Positions 16,880-26,685 are shown, counted from the stretch's first letter. The stretch is 64,000 nucleotides of DNA from a bacterium (GCA_036396895.1 DASWKB010000008.1:1796-65795), one strand, 5' to 3'. Numbers and translations: made by a program. Notes: generated by a model not told the origin, from the letters alone.

Positions 16880-17722
16880 CTACCGCGCGGCGCGCGACAA
16901 GGCCCGCGAGCGCGCCGCCGCCGCCCGCACGGCACCGACGATGGCGGCATGCGCGCGGCGGGCCGCCAGCACCTTGAGCGCCGCCTCGGTCGTGCCCCGT
17001 TTGGACGCGACGGTGGCGATCCACTCGTCAGGGTCCCGCCCGCCCCGTTCAAGCAGCGCCAGCGCGCCGCGCAGCGTCGCGGTAACCGCGCGGGCCGCGA
17101 GCGGCGCCGGCAGCCCGAGAGATACCGCCGCCTCCCTCCACGCGCGCACGAGGTACAACACGTACGCGGGCCCGGACCCGCTGACGGCCGTGACCGCGTC
17201 GAAGTGCGACTCCGGCAGCTCGACGACCTCGCCCACCGTGGCGAAGATCGCCGCCACCGCGCGCCGGTGGCGCGCGGTGCACCGACGGCCGAACGCGAGC
17301 GCGGCGAATCCGGCTCCCGCCGTCGCCGGCAAGTTCGGCATGACCCGCGCCACGGGCATGCCGGGCAGCCGGGATTCGAGCCACCCGAGCCGGATGCCCG
17401 CCGCGATCGAGATGACGAGCGTCCGGCGATCCATCGCGCCCGCGAGATCCCTCAGCGCGCCGGCAAGCTGCTGGGGCTTGACCGCCAGCACCAGCACCCG
17501 GCACTGGCGCGCCACCGCGCGGTTGTCCCGCGTGACGGATGCGCCCGAGCGCCTGAGCGCGCGGCGCGCCGCGGCCGAGGGATCCGCGACCCAGAGCCGG
17601 CCCGCCGGCATGCCCGCCGCCCGCAGGCCCACCGCCAGGGCGCGGCCCATGGTTCCGCCTCCGATCACGCCGACGCTCGTCGTCCTGAGCTGCGCCGGCA
17701 CGGACGCGCGAGGCGCCGTCAT
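16880..17722 (-). CDS. proC: Pyrroline-5-carboxylate reductase
   Basis: Start at MTAPRASVPAQLRTTSVGVIGGGTMGRAL (ATG at 17722; ATGA overlap with the yggS stop). Also contains LAVKPQQ and SGSGPAYV. The C-terminus reads KRGTTEAAL. Confidence 0.85.
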   Translation of the reverse strand: MTAPRASVPAQLRTTSVGVIGGGTMGRALAVGLRAAGMPAGRLWVADPSAAARRALRRSGASVTRDNRAVARQCRVLVLAVKPQQLAGALRDLAGAMDRRTLVISIAAGIRLGWLESRLPGMPVARVMPNLPATAGAGFAALAFGRRCTARHRRAVAAIFATVGEVVELPESHFDAVTAVSGSGPAYVLYLVRAWREAAVSLGLPAPLAARAVTATLRGALALLERGGRDPDEWIATVASKRGTTEAALKVLAARRAHAAIVGAVRAAAARSRALSRAAR

Positions 17723-18432
17723 GCTCCGAGCGCCGTCCGCGCGCCGAATATCGCCGTCCCGATCCTCACGATGTCCGCTCCCTCTTCCACGGCCACGTCG
17801 AAATCCTCGGACATCCCCATCGACAGCGCAAGCGACGTCGCCGGCCATCCGAGCCCGGCGGCGATCTCGTCGCGAAGCTCCCGCATCCGGCGAAAGACAG
17901 GACGCGCCGACTCGGGATCGTCCGACCAGGGCGCGATGGCCATCAACCCGGCCAGGCGAAGGTGCGCGGAACCCGCCGCCCGGCTGGCGAGCGGCTCCGC
18001 CAACTGAGGCGCGCAGCCGTGCTTCGCGGGCTCGCCCGCCACGTTCACTTGGATGAAGACGTCAAGCGTGCCCGCCTGAGGCGCGGCAGCGCGGTGCGCC
18101 TCGAGCGCGTCGATAAGCTCCCCGGAGTCCGCCGAGTGCACCGCATCGAACAGGACCGCCGCGAGCTTGGCTTTGTTGCGCTGCAGATGCCCGATCAGAT
18201 GCCAGCGGCCGCGCCGGCCTTCGCCCCGGCCGAGGAGCTCGAGCTTGCTCCTGGCCTCTTGGACCCGGCTTTCGCCGAACGCGTCCAGGCCCAGCGCCGC
18301 GGCCGCCCGGATCCGCTCAAGCGGCACGCCCTTCGTGACGGCCAGCAGGGTGACGGACGCCGGATCGCGGCCCGCCCGGCGGCAGGCTTCGCCGACGCGC
18401 CGGCGAACTTCGGCCACGTTGGACGCCAGCAT
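17719..18432 (-). CDS. yggS: YggS-family pyridoxal-phosphate homeostasis protein
   Basis: Start at MLASNVAEVRRRVGEACRRAGRDPASVTLLAVTKGVP. Also contains HLIGHLQRNK and MGMSEDF. Confidence 0.85.
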   Translation of the reverse strand: MLASNVAEVRRRVGEACRRAGRDPASVTLLAVTKGVPLERIRAAAALGLDAFGESRVQEARSKLELLGRGEGRRGRWHLIGHLQRNKAKLAAVLFDAVHSADSGELIDALEAHRAAAPQAGTLDVFIQVNVAGEPAKHGCAPQLAEPLASRAAGSAHLRLAGLMAIAPWSDDPESARPVFRRMRELRDEIAAGLGWPATSLALSMGMSEDFDVAVEEGADIVRIGTAIFGARTALGA

Positions 18433-18439
18433 GCGGAGT

Positions 18440-18445
18440 ATTTTA
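18440..18445 (-). promoter_or_regulatory. TAAAAT -10-like hexamer 7 nt upstream of the yggS ATG; possible leaderless transcript
   Basis: Minus strand reads gcTAAAATactccgcATG. Confidence 0.25.
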
Positions 18446-18447
18446 GC

Positions 18448-19008
18448 ATACGGATTACACGGATTCAGATTGGATTGCACGGATTCAAAGAGGATGACAC
18501 AGATTGACGATTCAATCCGTATAATCCGTTGTGAATCCGTATAATCCGGCAGTGAAAAACCCGGGACTGTCCCGGGTTTTAATTGGGGACTGTCCCGGGT
18601 TTCCCCGGGTTTTCCAGCTCAAACGCGGGGACAGCCCCGAGGACCACATTCGCGTACCGTGCACCGGAACGCAATTCGCAGTGTCGCGTAACGCGCAACG
18701 CGTAACGTGGGTCTCAAGCGTGATACATGCGGGCCAGTTCCCGAGGTGCCATCCCGCCGGAAGCGGGGTGGCTCCGAGGGGGCTGGGCCGCTCGAAATGA
18801 GGTCAAAGCTGGTCGGAAGCTGGAAGCTGAACGTCGAAGGGGCATGGGGCGCGGGGCGAGGGGCGGGGGAACTGGGGAGCTATGGCAAAATTCGGAATTC
18901 AGAATTGGGAATTCGGAATCGGACGCTCGTCATTCCGCATTTCGAACTCCGCATTCCGAATTTGGCACAGTTGCTGGTCCCTTGTTGCTGGTAGCTTGTC
19001 GCTTGTTG
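18448..19008. repeat. Repeat-only spacer between ftsA and yggS. Order: ACGGATT hairpin, CCCGGGAC palindromes, ACGCGTW words, GCTGGAA words, G-tract, GGAATTC hairpin, CTTGTTG array.
   Basis: Modules at 18448-18550, 18555-18615, 18672-18710, 18808-18838, 18839-18878, 18885-18968 and 18968-19008. No credible ORF is present. Confidence 0.85.
18555..18615. terminator. Tandem A-tract / CCCGGGAC-N-GTCCCGGG / T-tract palindromes; candidate bidirectional intrinsic terminators downstream of ftsA
   Basis: gaaaaacccgggactgtcccgggtttt at 18555-18580, with a degenerate second copy at 18585-18615. The same element occurs at 62038-62103. Confidence 0.55.
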
Positions 19009-20148
19009 CTAGAAATACTCAACGAGGACGGCTTTGGCGCGCTCGAGCACGCGGCCGAGCGGGCCGCCCGGCGAAGCCAAGGCCGCTCCGGCGCGCGGGC
19101 GCGAGGCGAGCTCGAGGAGTCCGATGGCCGGGCAGAGCGCGAGTTGCCGGGAGAGGTCGGCGGAGCGGTGCGTGCGCGGGCTCCGGCAGAGCGCCGTCGG
19201 GATTCCGAGCGTGCGCTCCACCCATTCGACGAAGCCGTCCATCAGCGCCGCGCGTCCGGCCACCAGCACGAGGTCGGGCTTGGGTTCGCCTCCGAGCACG
19301 GTCCTGATCCCCTCTTCCAAGCGAGCCCAGGCCGCGTCCAAATGGGCCCGGACGCGCTCTTCACGGCTGGCGGTGCCTTCCCGGATTGAGGCGGTGGCCT
19401 GCTCGAGCGTCACGTCAAGCTCCCGGGCGAGATCCCGCGCCAGGCTCACGCCGCCCCACGGCTCGACCCGGCAGGCGGTCAGCACCCCTGCCTCGAACAC
19501 CGCGAGATCGATCGAGAGCCCTCCGAGATCGATGACGAGCACTCGCCCACCCGCGGACCGTTCGTCCGCCGCCCCGGCCAACGCGGCCGCCGGAGCGTAC
19601 CGAACGTCCAATGCTTCCAGCCCGACCGATTCCACCGCTTCCAGGAGCGTCCGGCGCACGGCCACCGGCATCGTCACCAGAAGGAAGTCCCCCTGGAGGC
19701 GCGTCGCGCAAAGCCCTCGGGGATCGCCGACACGCGCGAACCCGTTGCCGGCGTAGCCCAGACATTCCATATGCAGCACGTCCCGGTCAATCGCCAGCGA
19801 CTGGTTGAGGGCCGCAGTCCGCAACCGCGCGACGTCCCGCGCCTTGACCGCCACGGGCTCGTCAGCGATCGGCACCGCCGCCCGCACCCGTTCGCTCTGG
19901 AGCGCCGGGTGGGACAGGCAGACGAGCGCGCGGGTCAGTTCCGCGGTGACGCCGGTCGCGTCGATCGCCGCTTCGATCGCGCGCGCCACGACAAGCGGAT
20001 CCGGCACGCCCGAGTCGTTCGGCGCCGGATACGGCTCGACGCCGCTGCCGAGCAGTTCCCAGCCCGGCGTGCGCTCGTGGCTGAGGCCGATGGCGCAGGC
20101 GACCTTGGTCCATCCGATGTCCAACGCCACCACCGGCTTCGCCGTCAT
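19009..20148 (-). CDS. ftsA: Cell division protein FtsA (actin-like ATPase)
   Basis: 379 aa with VVALDIGWTKVACAIG, VLVIDLGGLSIDLAVF and an amphipathic C-terminus (RVLERAKAVLVEYF). Confidence 0.85.
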   Translation of the reverse strand: MTAKPVVALDIGWTKVACAIGLSHERTPGWELLGSGVEPYPAPNDSGVPDPLVVARAIEAAIDATGVTAELTRALVCLSHPALQSERVRAAVPIADEPVAVKARDVARLRTAALNQSLAIDRDVLHMECLGYAGNGFARVGDPRGLCATRLQGDFLLVTMPVAVRRTLLEAVESVGLEALDVRYAPAAALAGAADERSAGGRVLVIDLGGLSIDLAVFEAGVLTACRVEPWGGVSLARDLARELDVTLEQATASIREGTASREERVRAHLDAAWARLEEGIRTVLGGEPKPDLVLVAGRAALMDGFVEWVERTLGIPTALCRSPRTHRSADLSRQLALCPAIGLLELASRPRAGAALASPGGPLGRVLERAKAVLVEYF

Positions 20149-20180
20149 CCCGCATTCTCGTGCGTGCTCATCCCACTTCC

Positions 20181-20418
20181 GTCAACATTGGGCATGGGAC
20201 ACGTTATGGTACGGAGCACGGGGCGAGGGGCGGGGTAACTGGGGAGCGATTGCAAAATTCGGAATTCGGAATTGGGAATTCGGAATCGGACGCTCGTCAT
20301 TCCGCATTCCGAACTCCGCATTCCGAATTTGGCACAGTTGCTGGTCTCTGGTTGCTTGTCGCTTGTCGCTTGTTGCTTGTCGCTTGTTGCTCGTTGCTTG
20401 TCGCTCGTTGCTTGTTGC
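20181..20418. repeat. Mosaic element between ftsQ and ftsA (G-tract, GGAATTC hairpin, long CTTGTYG array)
   Basis: 20219-20346 matches 18852-18979 with 5 mismatches over 128 nt, in direct orientation. Confidence 0.9.
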
Positions 20419-20450
20419 GATCGTCTTGAAAATGTTTCGAAGCCCATGTG

Positions 20451-21245
20451 CTATGTGCGGGGCGCCACAACCGGATCGTCGAATCGCAGATCGATGTACC
20501 GGACCGCCAGGTCCCGACGCCCGATGGCCGCCATCGTGTCCCGCAGGCGGCGCAGGTTCACCGCCAGCTCCGCTTCGGACCCGCAGCGGATTTCGGTGCT
20601 GTCATCGATCAGAAACCGCAGCTGCCGGGGGTTGGAGACGTCCAGCTCGCTGAGCCGGCGGTCCGCCAGCGCCGGCGCACGGCGCAGCTGCTCCAGCACC
20701 CGCAGCGCCAGCTGCAGCCGCTCATCCGCGTTGCGGCGTCCGACGTGCAGCGCCGCGCCCAGGCGTCCGACGCCGTGCACCCGCGGCAATCCCTCGTCGG
20801 CCTCCGTCCCCTCGGGCAGGATGAAGCCTTCCGCATCGACCGGAAGCCAGCCGTTCACCCGCACGAACGCCACCGGTTCCCGCTCGATGACGTCGATGCG
20901 AATCCGGTCGGGCAGGTCCCGAATCACCCGCACGTGCTTGAGCGTGGGCCGCTGGCGCTCAAGCGCCCGGGCGAGCTGACCGATGTCCACCTGCCAGATA
21001 TTGCTGCCCATGAGCGAAGGATCAATCGTCAGCCCCGAGCCCGGCGGCATCGTCACGCGCGTCACCCGGAACGCCTCCGCGCGGTTCGTATGGTCCCACA
21101 ACAGCCAGACGGCGGCCGCCGTCAGGGCGCAGCCGGCCGCCAGCGACGGGTGCTGCCAGAGCCACCGCACGCCGCCCCAGAGCCATCCGCCGAACCGCGG
21201 GATCACGCCCACGACGGACCGCCGCCGTATCCGTCTGCTGGCCAT
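20451..21245 (-). CDS. ftsQ: Cell division protein FtsQ (POTRA domain)
   Basis: Start at MASRRIRRRSVVGV (ATG at 21245, overlapping the ddl stop as TGATG). One TM helix, then FRVTRVTM... and VRVIRDLPDRIRIDVIEREPVAFV. Confidence 0.75.
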   Translation of the reverse strand: MASRRIRRRSVVGVIPRFGGWLWGGVRWLWQHPSLAAGCALTAAAVWLLWDHTNRAEAFRVTRVTMPPGSGLTIDPSLMGSNIWQVDIGQLARALERQRPTLKHVRVIRDLPDRIRIDVIEREPVAFVRVNGWLPVDAEGFILPEGTEADEGLPRVHGVGRLGAALHVGRRNADERLQLALRVLEQLRRAPALADRRLSELDVSNPRQLRFLIDDSTEIRCGSEAELAVNLRRLRDTMAAIGRRDLAVRYIDLRFDDPVVAPRT

Positions 21246-22219
21246 CAGCGCCCGCCTTCGCCTGCCGCCGCGGCCGCCGCCGGCAGCCAGGCCAGCTGCA
21301 CCAGCGTCTCGCAGAGGGCGCCGTAAGACAGCCCCACGCAGGCCGCCGCTTTCGGCAGCAGGCTCGTCGGAGTGAATCCGGGAATCGTGTTCACCTCGAG
21401 GACCACGGGCGTGCCGTCCTCGCGCAGGATGAGATCGGTCCTCGAGAAGTGCCGCGCCCCGATCGCGCGGTGCGCCAGCCAACCGGCGTCCTGCACCCGC
21501 CGGGCGGACGCCTCATCCAGCGCCGCCGGCACCTCGTACCGGGTCTCGCCCGCGGTGTACTTCGCGTCGAAATCAAAGAAGGCATGACGCGGGACCACGC
21601 CCACGACCGGCAACACGCGCTCGCCCACCACGCCGACGGTCAGCTCCCGGCCGCGGACATACTCCTCGATGAGCACCGGCGCGCCGAACGCGGCCGCCGC
21701 CTCCACGGCCCGCGCCCACTCCTCGGGACGCTCCACCAGCGACACGCCGAGGCTCGAGCCTTGATTCGACGGCTTGACGACCGCCGGCAGTTCCCCTTCG
21801 CGCGGCCACCCGGCCGTTTCGGCCGCGCCCGGCGCCAGCACGCGGCAGCGCGGCACCGCCAACCCCGCCGCGGTAAACGCGGCGCGCGAGGCGATCTTGT
21901 CCATCCCCAGCCGGCTGGCCGCCACCTCGGAGCCCGTGTAGGCGATGTGCAACTCCTCGCAGACCTCCTGAATGGTGCCGTCCTCGCCGAAGGGCCCGTG
22001 CAGCGCAATGAACGTGACGTCGGGGCGGCGCTGCGTCATGTGGCGCCGGACGGCGTCCGCCGCGTCGGCGGCCGTGCCGTGCCGCGGCAGTTCAAGCGTT
22101 TCAACGTCCCAGCCGAGCTCCGCGAGCGCCAGCGCGACCCCCCGTCCGCTCTTCAGGGAGATGCCGTGCTCGCCCGACGGCCCGCCCATGAGGACGGCGA
22201 CGGAGCCGTGCGCGCTCAT
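21245..22219 (-). CDS. ddl: D-alanine--D-alanine ligase
   Basis: 324 aa with VAVLMGGPSGEHGISLKSG, FIALHGPFGEDGTIQ and EVNTIPGFT. Confidence 0.9.
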   Translation of the reverse strand: MSAHGSVAVLMGGPSGEHGISLKSGRGVALALAELGWDVETLELPRHGTAADAADAVRRHMTQRRPDVTFIALHGPFGEDGTIQEVCEELHIAYTGSEVAASRLGMDKIASRAAFTAAGLAVPRCRVLAPGAAETAGWPREGELPAVVKPSNQGSSLGVSLVERPEEWARAVEAAAAFGAPVLIEEYVRGRELTVGVVGERVLPVVGVVPRHAFFDFDAKYTAGETRYEVPAALDEASARRVQDAGWLAHRAIGARHFSRTDLILREDGTPVVLEVNTIPGFTPTSLLPKAAACVGLSYGALCETLVQLAWLPAAAAAAGEGGR

Positions 22220-23145
22220 CGCAGGGCTTCCGCCTCGGCCGCCGGCTGCGGCAGCCGCCAGGACTCGCCGAGGATCCGGATCTCCGGGAGCAGCTCGACG
22301 CCGAAGCTCATCCGCACGGACCGCTGCGCGTGCTCCATGAGCGCGAGCACGTCCGCGCAGGTGGCCGCGCCCACGTTGACGATGAAGTTCGCGTGCCGCT
22401 CGGAAATCCGCGCATCGCCGATCCGGGCGCCTTTGAGCCCCGCGGCGTCCAGCAGCCGGCCGGCCGGCGAGCCCGCCTCCGGCGGATTGCGGAACGCGCA
22501 GCCGGCCGACGGCAGCCGCAGCTCCTGCGTGAGGTTCCGCCGCTTGAGCACGGCATCGATGCGCGCGGCGGCCTCATCCGCGGACACCCGGGGGAACTCC
22601 AGCAGCACGTCGGTGATGATGCCCGTTGGGAGCGGCGTATACCGGTATCGGAACTCGAGGCGCTCCCGCGGCAGGCGGTGCAGCGTGCCGTCGAAGCCGA
22701 CGAGCCGCACCTCGCGGACGAACCGGCCGATCCCCTGGGCGTTCATCGCCACCGCCCCGCCCACCTGACCGGGCAGCCCCGCCAGCGTCTCCACCCCGCC
22801 CCAGCCGCGCACGGCCGCCAGCGTCACCACCCGCTGGGTGAGCAGCGCCGCGCCGCAGAGCACCTGCGCCTCGGGCGCCCCCGGCCGCGCGAGCTCCTCC
22901 ACCCGGCGGAACCCCAGCCCCAGCTTTACGACGAGCCCGCGGACGCCGCGGTCGGCGGCGAGCGTGTTGGTCCCGCCCCCCAGCACCGACACCGGCAGCT
23001 GCAGGCGCGCCGCGCCGCGCAGCGCATCCATCAGCTCCTGCGGATGCTGCGGCTCCGCGAACCATTCCGCCGGTCCGCCGATGCGGAAGCTGGTGTGGTT
23101 GGCGAGCGGTTCGTTACGACGGACGCACGTCGGCGGCCAGGTCAT
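22216..23145 (-). CDS. murB: UDP-N-acetylenolpyruvoylglucosamine reductase
   Basis: LANHTSFRIGGPAEWF, GGGTN and SERHANFIVN are present. I prefer the start at the Met of MTWPPTCVRRNEPL; the track start at 23217 would overlap murC by about 100 nt. Confidence 0.85.
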   Translation of the reverse strand: MTWPPTCVRRNEPLANHTSFRIGGPAEWFAEPQHPQELMDALRGAARLQLPVSVLGGGTNTLAADRGVRGLVVKLGLGFRRVEELARPGAPEAQVLCGAALLTQRVVTLAAVRGWGGVETLAGLPGQVGGAVAMNAQGIGRFVREVRLVGFDGTLHRLPRERLEFRYRYTPLPTGIITDVLLEFPRVSADEAAARIDAVLKRRNLTQELRLPSAGCAFRNPPEAGSPAGRLLDAAGLKGARIGDARISERHANFIVNVGAATCADVLALMEHAQRSVRMSFGVELLPEIRILGESWRLPQPAAEAEALR

Positions 23146-24478
23146 GGCAGAGCTCTCCGATATCGCCGGCTCCAAGCACGTAGATCGTGTCCCCCGATGA
23201 CATGACCCGCCGGACATAGGTCGTCAGATCGGGCTTGGGCACGTAGTGCACCCAGGGATGCCCCTGGGCGCGGATCAGCGCGGCGAGCCGCTCGCCGCTC
23301 ACCCCGGGAATCGGGGATTCGAACGCCGGGTAGATGTCCGTCACGATGACGCCGTCCGCCCGGTCGAAACAGCGCGTGAATTCCTGCTCCAGACTCTGCG
23401 TGCGGGAATAGCGGTGCGGCTGGAAGACGACCAGCCGGTGCCTCCCGTCGAGCGCGCCGGAGGCCAGCGTGGCGCGGATTTCCGACGGGTGATGCGCGTA
23501 ATCCTCCACGAGCACGATGTCGCCGGGCAGGCGCGTCGCCTGGAAGCGCCGCTGGGTGCCCTGGTAGCGTCCGAGGGCGTCCCGGACGGTCACCATCGGG
23601 ATCTCAAGCGTGAGGGCCATGCTCATGACGCCCAGCGCGTTCGCGATGTTGTGCGCGCCCGGCACCTGAAGCTGGAAGCCTCCCAGATCCCGGCCCCGGT
23701 AGCGCGCGCGGAACCGGCTGCCGTGCCCGACGAAGCGGATGCGCTCCGCGGTCACGTCCGACGCGCTCGAGAGGCCGTAGGTCAGCCGATGGAGGCCGGC
23801 GAACGCCGTGCGGATCACCGGATCGTCCCAAGAGACGATCAGGGCGCCCTGGGGATCGAGCTGTCCCGCGAAGGTCTGGAACGCCACGATGAGCCGGTCG
23901 AACGTCTGGTAGTAATTCAGATGCTCGCGGTCGATGTTCGTGATGATCGCGACGTGCGGCGACAGTTCCAGGAACGAGCCGTCCGACTCGTCCGTTTCGG
24001 CCACCAGATACCGCCCCTGTCCCGCGTGCGCGTTCGTGCCCAGCGAGCGCATGACGCCCCCGACGACGACCGTCGGATCCCAGCCCGCTTCCAGGCAGAT
24101 CTGGGCGGCCATGCCGGATGTCGTGGTCTTGCCGTGGGCGCCCGCGACGGCGATCAGCCGCCGGTCGCGCGAGAGCTCCGCGAGCAGCCGCCCGCGGCTC
24201 ACCGTCCGCACGCCCCGGGCGATGGCTTCGCACAGCTCCGGCGACTGGGTCGGCACCGCCGAGGTGTGGACGAGCAGGTCCACCGGCCCATCGAGATGAC
24301 GCGGGTGGTGCCCGCGCGCAACACTGACCCCCTTGCCCGCCAGCGCCTCGACCTGGGGGCCGCGCCCCGTGTCGCAGCCGGAGACTTCCAAGCCCCTCGC
24401 GCGGCAGATCTCGGCCAGGCCGCTCATCCCGATGCCGCCGATCCCCATGAAGTGCACGCGCGCGCCCGCCTCAAGCAT
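23114..24478 (-). CDS. murC: UDP-N-acetylmuramate--L-alanine ligase
   Basis: 454 aa with HFMGIGGIGMSGLAE, GAHGKTTT and DYAHHPSEI. Confidence 0.9.
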   Translation of the reverse strand: MLEAGARVHFMGIGGIGMSGLAEICRARGLEVSGCDTGRGPQVEALAGKGVSVARGHHPRHLDGPVDLLVHTSAVPTQSPELCEAIARGVRTVSRGRLLAELSRDRRLIAVAGAHGKTTTSGMAAQICLEAGWDPTVVVGGVMRSLGTNAHAGQGRYLVAETDESDGSFLELSPHVAIITNIDREHLNYYQTFDRLIVAFQTFAGQLDPQGALIVSWDDPVIRTAFAGLHRLTYGLSSASDVTAERIRFVGHGSRFRARYRGRDLGGFQLQVPGAHNIANALGVMSMALTLEIPMVTVRDALGRYQGTQRRFQATRLPGDIVLVEDYAHHPSEIRATLASGALDGRHRLVVFQPHRYSRTQSLEQEFTRCFDRADGVIVTDIYPAFESPIPGVSGERLAALIRAQGHPWVHYVPKPDLTTYVRRVMSSGDTIYVLGAGDIGELCHDLAADVRPS

Positions 24479-25613
24479 GGACGATCACCGGGTCCGGTGC
24501 TCGGCGCGGCGGCGCCTGCAGGTCCGCGTCGGCTTCCCCGACGATGATCCGGGCCAGCCGCTCGGCCGCGTCGCTCCTGGCGAGCCCGCGCATCCGAGCC
24601 GCCATGCCCTCAAGGCGCAGCCGGTCCCGCGCCAGCGTCCGAATGAGATCCGCCAACCGCGCCGACACGTCCGGGGACTCCTCCAGCACGATGCCGCCGC
24701 CAGCGGCTTCGACCCACCGGGCGTTCGCCACCTGATGGGCGCCTGCGTGCGGATACGGGATCAGGATCGCCGGCGTGCCGGTCTGCGCGAGCTCCGCAAC
24801 GGTGGCCGCGCCCGCGCGCGCAATCGCCAGCGTCGCGCCCGCATACACGCTCGCCATGTCATCCCGAAACGGCTCGATCCGCCCGGCGACGCCCGCCTGC
24901 CTGTACGCGGCTTCCACGGCGCGGACGTCGTCCGTGCCCGTGAGATGCCGCAGCGTCCAGCGCGCCCGCTCCTCCTTCGAGAGCTCCGGCAGCATCCCGC
25001 AGACGATCCGGTTCACGGCCCGCGAGCCCTGGCTGCCTCCCAGCACGACGAGCGCGAACGTCTGGGCGGCCGGACGCGCGGCGGGATCCGGCGCGGGCCA
25101 GGCCCGCACCGGCATGCCCGTGACGACCGGCTCCACTCCGTGCGGCACGCCCTGCGTACCGGGAAACGACACCGCGACCACGTCGGCGCGGCCGGCGAGC
25201 CAGCGGTTCGCCCGGCCCATGACGACGTTCTGCTCATGGATGATCGTCCGCGCCCGGCCCCGGGCCGCAAGGATCACGGGCACACAGACGCCTCCGCCGA
25301 ATCCCACGACGGCCGCAGGCCGGTGCGCGCGGATCCAGCGCCGCGCCGACCCCCACAGCCGCGCGGCGGCCAGCCACCGGAGCGTCCCGGATCCCGAGGG
25401 AATCGCGACCGGCTCGCACGCGAGCCCGTCCGCCGACGCCCGCGCCACGAGGACGTCGGTCAGCGACGCGCTGCGCCCCCGGCGGGCGTACCACACCGTC
25501 ACCGGGACGCCCGAGGCCCGCACGAGCCGGGCGGCCTCGAGCGCCGGCACGAGGTGCCCGCCGCTGCCTTCAGTCACGAAGAGCACCGGAGATCCCCGTT
25601 CGCGCGCCGTCAT
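24471..25613 (-). CDS. murG: Undecaprenyldiphospho-muramoylpentapeptide beta-N-acetylglucosaminyltransferase
   Basis: 380 aa with GGSGGHLVPALE, VLGGSQGS and RAGAATVAELA. Confidence 0.9.
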   Translation of the reverse strand: MTARERGSPVLFVTEGSGGHLVPALEAARLVRASGVPVTVWYARRGRSASLTDVLVARASADGLACEPVAIPSGSGTLRWLAAARLWGSARRWIRAHRPAAVVGFGGGVCVPVILAARGRARTIIHEQNVVMGRANRWLAGRADVVAVSFPGTQGVPHGVEPVVTGMPVRAWPAPDPAARPAAQTFALVVLGGSQGSRAVNRIVCGMLPELSKEERARWTLRHLTGTDDVRAVEAAYRQAGVAGRIEPFRDDMASVYAGATLAIARAGAATVAELAQTGTPAILIPYPHAGAHQVANARWVEAAGGGIVLEESPDVSARLADLIRTLARDRLRLEGMAARMRGLARSDAAERLARIIVGEADADLQAPPRRAPDPVIVHA

Positions 25614-26685
25614 GACTCGCCTTGAAGATGAGCGCGCAGGCCACGAGATTCATCACCATGGAGGTCCCGCCGTACGAGATGAGCGGCAACGGCAGCCCCT
25701 TCGTCGGCAGCATGCCCGTCACGACGCCGATATTGACCATCGCTTCCAGGCCGATCATGGCGACCAGGCCGCAGGTCAGATATTTCCCGAACCGGTCCTC
25801 GATGAGCATCGCCATGCGGAACCCCAGGATGAGAAACAGCGCGAACGCCAGGAGGACCGCCGTCGTGCCCACCAAGCCCAGCTCCTCTCCGATGATCGCC
25901 AGGATGAAATCGGTATGCGCGCTCGGCAGGTAGAAGAGCTTCTGCACGGACCCGCCCACGCCCAATCCGATCAGCCCTCCGCTGGCGAGCGCGAAATACG
26001 ACTGCAGGATCTGATAGCCGCTGCCGTAGGGGTCGTTCCACGGATCCAGGAACGCGAAGATGCGCCGGCGCCGGTACTCCGCGCCCATGATCAACACGAC
26101 GAGCAGCGCCGCCGCGGCGCCCAAGAGGCCGAGCACGTGCTGCGGCTTGGCGTTGGCGACGATCAGGAGCAGCATCGCCACGGCGCCCATGACGGTGGCC
26201 GTGCCGAGATCCGGCTGCAGCAGCACGAGCCCCGCGCACAATCCCGTCACGGCCACCGCGGGGAGCACGCCCTTGCGGAATTCCCTGATGAACCCGGCCT
26301 TGCGCGCCAGGAGATCGGCCAGGTACACGACCAGCGCCAGCTGGGCGAACTCGGAGGGCTGCAGGCTGAGCCGGCCCAGCCTGAACCAGCGCCGGGCGCC
26401 TCCGATTTCCTGCCCGGCGACGAGCACCAGCACCAGGAGCGCCAGACTCAGCAGGATCGCCCACCGGCTGCCCGCGCGCAGCCGCGCATAGGGCACGGCC
26501 AGGCACGCGCCGGCCAGCGCGGCGCCGCAGCCGATCGCCACCAGGTGCTGCTTCACGAAATGGAAGCCGTCCCCGTACGCGAACTCCGCGGCGAGCGTGC
26601 TGGAGGAGTACACGGCGACGGTCCCGATCCCCAGCAGGAACAGGAGGACCAAGAGCAGCGACTGTCGCAGTTGTGTCGGCGTCAT
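25570..26685 (-). CDS. ftsW: SEDS-family cell division protein FtsW
   Basis: 371 aa, polytopic, with LQPSEFAQLALV, HTDFILAIIGEELG and LPLISYGGTS. Confidence 0.9.
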   Translation of the reverse strand: MTPTQLRQSLLLVLLFLLGIGTVAVYSSSTLAAEFAYGDGFHFVKQHLVAIGCGAALAGACLAVPYARLRAGSRWAILLSLALLVLVLVAGQEIGGARRWFRLGRLSLQPSEFAQLALVVYLADLLARKAGFIREFRKGVLPAVAVTGLCAGLVLLQPDLGTATVMGAVAMLLLIVANAKPQHVLGLLGAAAALLVVLIMGAEYRRRRIFAFLDPWNDPYGSGYQILQSYFALASGGLIGLGVGGSVQKLFYLPSAHTDFILAIIGEELGLVGTTAVLLAFALFLILGFRMAMLIEDRFGKYLTCGLVAMIGLEAMVNIGVVTGMLPTKGLPLPLISYGGTSMVMNLVACALIFKASHDGARTGISGALRD

